DNA of 64,000 bases from Candidatus Poribacteria bacterium. GTDB lineage: Bacteria > Poribacteria > WGA-4E > JAJDTR01. The stretch spans positions 2,144,001-2,208,000 of the forward strand of contig CBDCTK010000002.1 in assembly GCA_965222225.1 (NCBI GenBank), given 5' to 3'. Both the position numbers and the translations under genes were made by a program. The notes under the pieces were generated by a model. That model was not told the DNA's origin, did no database searches, and saw nothing but the letters and a program-made list of their open reading frames with translations. Positions within the stretch are counted from its first letter, which is position 1; every line of letters begins with the position of its first letter. Shown here piece by piece: positions 59,115-64,000 of the stretch.

Positions 59115-60014
59115 ATGATTCAACTCAGAAATATAACTACGATTATCGCATTGGCATTTGCGCTTGTCTGGATGTCCGGGTGTGGAGGCTGTAACCCCGA
59201 ACCACTGCCATCGGGCATGAGTCCCACGGAAGGGCCCGAAACAGGCGGGACGACCGTGCGGATTAGTGGCGAGAAGTTCGACATGAAAAACGGCGTCACC
59301 GTTACCTTTGACGACAAGAGCGCCCAAAGCGTAACCGTTCCAAGCAAGACCGAGATTACCGCTGTAACCCCCGCCGGAACCGCAGGCGAGTCTGTGGCAG
59401 TCGTTGTGACCAACAAGAAGAAAGTGGAGAAACCGGCAACGCTTTCGCAGAAGTTCACCTATACCGATGCGACACCGTCGACCGTGACCTCGGTAGATCC
59501 GCCAGACGGCACGCTGATCTCCGAATATGAGGATTCGCTTAACGTGAGAAACACCGTCTCATTTACGTTTAGTGAAGACGTGGATAGCATGAGCGGGATG
59601 ATATCCGTCATGGTCGAGTCAACGCCCGAGTCGATCAGTAAAGAATCGGGAACCGTTGCAGGCAGCGTGAGCGGCGCGGGAAACATGGTCACGTTTACAT
59701 CCGATGAACCGATGCGGGCAGGTCGCAAGTATATGGTAACTGTGTCAGATTTCAAAGACGCAAAGGGCAACGCTCAAACAGCCAGCTACAGTTCTAGTTT
59801 CTCAGTCTCTTATCCGGAAAAGGTTCGCAAATATCGAGTTCGACAAGGCGAAACACTACCGATGATCGCCGGACGTCCCGAAGTTTACGACGACGCCAAC
59901 CTCTGGTCAAGATTGGTCGAAGCGAACCAGGACGACTCCGATTTTAATCCACAGCGTCTGAAAGCGGGCTTAATGCTGTGGGTGCCGGATCGAGGACAAG
60001 CGTGGGGAGACTAA
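59115..60014 (+). CDS. Lipoprotein with IPT/TIG, bacterial Ig-like and LysM-like domains
   Basis: Lipobox MSGC; SPTEGPETGGTTVRISG (IPT); FSEDVD...YMVTV..KDAKGN (Big_5); YRVRQGETL...LWSRLVEAN (LysM-like). Confidence 0.85.
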   Translation: MIQLRNITTIIALAFALVWMSGCGGCNPEPLPSGMSPTEGPETGGTTVRISGEKFDMKNGVTVTFDDKSAQSVTVPSKTEITAVTPAGTAGESVAVVVTNKKKVEKPATLSQKFTYTDATPSTVTSVDPPDGTLISEYEDSLNVRNTVSFTFSEDVDSMSGMISVMVESTPESISKESGTVAGSVSGAGNMVTFTSDEPMRAGRKYMVTVSDFKDAKGNAQTASYSSSFSVSYPEKVRKYRVRQGETLPMIAGRPEVYDDANLWSRLVEANQDDSDFNPQRLKAGLMLWVPDRGQAWGD

Positions 60015-60090
60015 ACGCGTAAACGCCCGGCTCTTCACGCGAACATGCCATAATGTGTTTCTAGTGTGTTAACGTACTCTTGAGCGAGTT

Positions 60091-60119
60091 GAAGGAGGGG
60101 TTAGCTCCCCCTCCTTTTT
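60091..60119 (+). terminator. Intrinsic terminator between convergent genes
   Basis: AAGGAGGGG-loop-CCCCTCCTT followed by Ts. Confidence 0.7.
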
Positions 60120-60150
60120 CATCAGGAGATGTTTCCCCTGATAACGTGCC

Positions 60151-61287
60151 CTACCGTTTGTAGCCCGTCAATTCGACATAGCCACGGCCTTTTGAGGGCT
60201 GTCCGCTGATTGTTCCCTCCACTGATACGGCGCCCTCCCAATACATAAAACCGCTGGATAGTTCCTGATTTGGAATTAGCGGATCTATGCGCAATTCAAT
60301 ACCTAGAGACGGAAAATCCACCTGCCAGCCGGAAGGATAGGTAATTTCGGTCTCCGGACTTCTCCAACTCCCTGTCGCCGCGACTGTGAAGTCCCCCGGT
60401 TGGATTGGAATCTGCCGCCCATCAGCATGCGATACCGTTCCTTCAAAGATGCCGACATCGCCGCCTTCGCTCTCCCGCAATCGACCAAACATCAGTGCGA
60501 TGCCATCGTCGAGTTGCAGTCCGAACCAATCCCAACCAACCACACCTTTGCTGAGCGCGCTTGTCCCAAACTCGTGATCCATCCAACTCTTTCCCGTAAC
60601 GTTATGCTTTTCTCCACGACTGACAATTGTGCCCTCTGTATCCAATCCGACGAGACTGTAGTAGTGATTCGCGTTCCCGCGCTCGGGTCCCTTCTGACTT
60701 AGTCCCTGCCCCCCGTGCAACAAAGGCAGACGTGTTTCTCGCAGGCTCAAATCGATTGCGATACGCGGTTCAATCTGGTCGTCAACTGCCCGCAAACGAA
60801 AAACACTCGTACTATCCTGAGATACCGACCAATCCTCAAGCCAAACCTCGTAAGTCGGCGCCCCCTGTGCTCCAGCCAATCCGCCTGCGCCGCGGCTATA
60901 TCGTTCAAAACTCGTGTGCGTCTTTGCCTTAACGTCGGTTAGGGCGAAATGTGCCATGTAAATCTGATTCGTTCCCAGACGCGATTTTCGCACGGGCATC
61001 TTTGCCGCCAGCGCCCTTCGGAAAAAGGTGAGTTGGTAACCGAACTCTCTCCCGTTATCCGTTTTCAGGTTGCCCGTATAATACCACCACTCGGTTTTGT
61101 AATCGGGATGCGGTCCGTGATCCTTGGGAAACACGAGATTCATCGGTTCAACTGCACGAGCAAACCCCTCTCCGCTATCGCCGCTTAGTATCTCAACGAT
61201 GTTTTGTTGGCTTGTGTCTCCTTTAGCGTGGGCAAAGTGACTTAAGGCGAGAATAATTGTTGTGAAAAGTGTGAGCGGTTTGTTCAT
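60151..61287 (-). CDS. Secreted lipocalin-like/CrtC-family (AttH-like) protein
   Basis: FPKDHGPHP...EWWYYTGNL, WMDHEFG, GWDWF, YPSGW, YWEGAV, GYVELTGY. Confidence 0.9.
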   Translation of the reverse strand: MNKPLTLFTTIILALSHFAHAKGDTSQQNIVEILSGDSGEGFARAVEPMNLVFPKDHGPHPDYKTEWWYYTGNLKTDNGREFGYQLTFFRRALAAKMPVRKSRLGTNQIYMAHFALTDVKAKTHTSFERYSRGAGGLAGAQGAPTYEVWLEDWSVSQDSTSVFRLRAVDDQIEPRIAIDLSLRETRLPLLHGGQGLSQKGPERGNANHYYSLVGLDTEGTIVSRGEKHNVTGKSWMDHEFGTSALSKGVVGWDWFGLQLDDGIALMFGRLRESEGGDVGIFEGTVSHADGRQIPIQPGDFTVAATGSWRSPETEITYPSGWQVDFPSLGIELRIDPLIPNQELSSGFMYWEGAVSVEGTISGQPSKGRGYVELTGYKR

Positions 61288-61332
61288 CTGCTACGAGTGA
61301 GTTTCGGTATTAAGATAGCGCAAGCTGTCAGT

Positions 61333-61512
61333 TGTCGCCCCGCTGGGGCTTTGTAAGGCTGGTGCACTCGTCCTACAGGGATGATGGTTACAGAAACCAA
61401 TCTGTATCATCAAATCGAAGATGAAATCTTCTCCAGTTTGCGACAAAAGCCCCGGAGGGGCTTTATTACGTTGCTGTTTTCGCGGCTATATACCTGTCGC
61501 GCCGCTGGCGCT
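61333..61512. repeat. AGCCCCAGCGGGGCGACA-type REP-like hairpins
   Basis: TGTCGCCCCGCTGGGGCTT, AAAGCCCCGGAGGGGCTTT and CCTGTCGCGCCGCTGGCGCT; relatives at 5371 and 46522. Confidence 0.65.
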
Positions 61513-61667
61513 ATGGGGTGTAGGGTCACGGTTACCATATTTAGAAATCTGGTTTTCAAGAAAAAACGAAGACTCCTGCTTCGATTTGACGATTGAAAAT
61601 CTTCGCTGGAGCGAAAAAGTGCGGGATTCCCTTCCCTCCTTCCAATCTTCCTTCCCTTCCAGTCCCA

Positions 61668-64000
61668 TTACTCAGTTCTCAACGCCTCGGCGGGCTGCAT
61701 CTGTCCCATGCGCCACGCGGGATAAATACTTGCCAACAACGCGGAAACAAGTGCGACCAAGAATGCAAGAGTAAATTGGGAAGGTTGTAACTGCATCTGC
61801 AGCGTCCATCCGAAAGAACGCAGATTGATGATGTAAATCAGAATGGTCGCAAGAACCAGACCGGTAGGCATCGCGATTAATCCGGCGATGGCGCCCATCA
61901 ATCCCGTTTCGAGGAGCGTTAATCTTGATAATTGACTGCGCGTGATGCCGATAGACCGTAGAGTGCCAATCTCACGCGTCCGCTCCAGTTGCAAACTCAT
62001 CAACGCCGAAAGCACTCCGATAAACGCAACCACTGCCGCGAGCATTTGCAGTGCAACGAAGATGCTGAACGTACGGTCAAACACTGCAAGCGCATTAGCC
62101 CTCAGCGCCCGATTTGAACGAATGACCAGATCCAGTTTGCCCGCCAAAGCGGATTTGAGCGCTCCAATTTTCTCGTCAATATCAACGCCGGGCTCGACAA
62201 TTAGTGCGGCAGACGAGAGGTGCGGATCGTCCCAATAGCTGCGGTAGACGGCATCATACATCATCACTCCCGGTCGGACATCGAAATCGTAAGCCACACC
62301 AACAATCTTAAAGGATATCTCGCCTTTATCTGTGAGAAGCGTTATCGTATCGCCGAGGGAGCGTTTGTATCGGTTTGCCAACGGTTCGTTGACAATGAGC
62401 CCACCCGCTCGGAATGCGTCCCACGTTTCGGCGTGATTTCCGAGGGCGGATTTGTAGTGGCGATTTCCCCCCGCAATGTCCTGAGTGACGGCGCTCAAGG
62501 TAATACACCCCATGCCTGTGGCATCAATTTCAACACTTCTAGCCGTGGCAACTTGGGCGATACCCGGAAACGTCTCAAACAGCTTGAGGGCGCCCGGATC
62601 GAGCCTCTCCGTCATCTGGCTATTGGCGATTACCGGCGGCGTGACGAAGATGTCCGCCCCCAGTAGGTCTGTCAGCCAACGTTCAACGGTCAATCGGAAG
62701 CTCCCAATCATGACGCTCACACCGACAATCACACTCACGGCAATCATGAGTGCGGCAACCGCGGTGGAGGTTCGGCTCAATGCGCGATCGATGTCTCGAA
62801 TTGCCATATTGCCCAGAATCGGAAGCCTTCGGCGCAGCCAACGAGTTGTCGCTAACGCGGTAAATCCGCGCATGAACGCTGGCGTCAGGAGCGCCATCCC
62901 GACCAGTACGGCAAGCACCCCTAGGAACGTGAGTCCGAGATGCCATTCGGGGAGCAGCAAGCTCGCACCGAGTAACAACGCAGCGACACCAGCGATGCTA
63001 ATCCAGCGGAGCGAGCGGCGTGTTCGGGATTCGATAGCGCTCCTCTGGAGCGTGCTGAGGGGAGATACTCGCGTCGCCTCAAACGCCGGCATTAAGGCTC
63101 CAATCATCGCCGCCGCGATACCGAACAGCCCACCTTTCAGGAGCATCAACAATGAAACATCGATCTCGCGTACACTGCTGACAAAAAACAGATCGTTGAT
63201 GCTGGTTGTTATCATTCCAATCGCGCCACGGCTAAGGAAGATTCCCAATCCAACGCCGAGAATCGCGCCGGCAATACCGAGCACAGTCGCCTCGGCAAGA
63301 ATCATGGCGAAGATTTCGCGGCGTGTCATCCCGATGGCGCGCAACCGTCCAATCACCGCACGTCGCTGAATAACGCTAAACGAGACGGTGTTGTAGATTA
63401 GAAACATACCCACCACCAAGGCTAACAAACTCAGCGCTGTCAGATTCAGCCGAAAGGCTTTTGTCATCTCAATGACCGCGCCGCGGCGCGCATCCGGGCT
63501 TTCGATGCGAGCGCCGGGCGGAAGCACCGATTCGATGCGTTCGAGTGCTTTGGTATTCGACGGGGCCTCCGGCAGGATGAGGTCAATTCGGTCCAGCTTT
63601 CCAATTTTGGCAAATACTTCTTGCGCAGTGGCAATGTCGGTTATCAGCAAATCTTTCAAGGAGCGTCGAATTCGCCTATCTTCGGACGCAATGACATCGA
63701 CAATTCGTAGTTTGCGCTGGTAACTCCCAACCTGAATCTCCAAGTTCTGGCCTATGGCAAGCTGATATTCATCACTGACATTTGCCCCTATTAGCACCGT
63801 GTTCGGTTCCGCCATGAACGCGCTAAACGACTTTTGATTTAACGTCGCAATCTTTGCGGTGCCAAGTTCCTCGCGAAAAGGTCGTTCAGCGAAACTATCG
63901 ACGCCGAGCAAGCGCATCGGTTGCCCGTTAAGCGTCTTCACCTTGACATATCCCTCAACGATAGGGGCGCTCTTGCGGTAACCGAGTTCTCGCCGGATTT
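61668..64000 (-). CDS. FtsX/MacB-like ABC permease (AttF/G-like), 5' end outside window
   Basis: Two FtsX domains (MFLIYN..RR..IGRLRAIG; ERTREIGTLRSIG; PAEALRTE), adjacent to the lipocalin-like gene. Confidence 0.9.
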   Translation of the reverse strand, partial: IRRELGYRKSAPIVEGYVKVKTLNGQPMRLLGVDSFAERPFREELGTAKIATLNQKSFSAFMAEPNTVLIGANVSDEYQLAIGQNLEIQVGSYQRKLRIVDVIASEDRRIRRSLKDLLITDIATAQEVFAKIGKLDRIDLILPEAPSNTKALERIESVLPPGARIESPDARRGAVIEMTKAFRLNLTALSLLALVVGMFLIYNTVSFSVIQRRAVIGRLRAIGMTRREIFAMILAEATVLGIAGAILGVGLGIFLSRGAIGMITTSINDLFFVSSVREIDVSLLMLLKGGLFGIAAAMIGALMPAFEATRVSPLSTLQRSAIESRTRRSLRWISIAGVAALLLGASLLLPEWHLGLTFLGVLAVLVGMALLTPAFMRGFTALATTRWLRRRLPILGNMAIRDIDRALSRTSTAVAALMIAVSVIVGVSVMIGSFRLTVERWLTDLLGADIFVTPPVIANSQMTERLDPGALKLFETFPGIAQVATARSVEIDATGMGCITLSAVTQDIAGGNRHYKSALGNHAETWDAFRAGGLIVNEPLANRYKRSLGDTITLLTDKGEISFKIVGVAYDFDVRPGVMMYDAVYRSYWDDPHLSSAALIVEPGVDIDEKIGALKSALAGKLDLVIRSNRALRANALAVFDRTFSIFVALQMLAAVVAFIGVLSALMSLQLERTREIGTLRSIGITRSQLSRLTLLETGLMGAIAGLIAMPTGLVLATILIYIINLRSFGWTLQMQLQPSQFTLAFLVALVSALLASIYPAWRMGQMQPAEALRTE

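Noticed and set aside
35981-63369. Long antisense ORFs (e.g. 35981-36712, 42490-43269, 50386-51039, 62485-63369)
   Set aside because: Shadows of well-supported genes on the opposite strand.
1-64000. tRNA, rRNA, prophage or integrase genes
   Set aside because: No cloverleaf, rRNA or phage hallmark was recognised by eye; a tRNAscan/Rfam run was not possible.

Overview
Bacterial chromosomal segment of about 50 CDS, probably from Candidatus Poribacteria. That assignment is an inference from the LamG proteins ending in a KLATTW motif, plus several PhyH dioxygenases, sialidase-like genes and a sulfatase. Housekeeping blocks (yebC-ruvCAB-queA-yajC, msrB, dtd, nfeD-floA-floA, ntrY/ntrX-like pair, dapA) alternate with catabolic and envelope genes. 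One IS1595 element joins a truncated helicase to a truncated PLP-enzyme pseudogene. The most striking signal is non-coding: at least 15 full and several partial copies of a 35-36 bp element, GATCAA-NN-GA-NN-GRATA-NN-GA-NN-GCGATAGA-NN-TC. Its variable dinucleotides covary as base pairs around conserved tandem GA steps. It sits inside REP-like hairpins and IS5-like MITEs and nests into itself up to about 3-4 levels, with no target duplication where an empty site can be compared. All alignments and coordinates were derived by eye, and no database search was possible.
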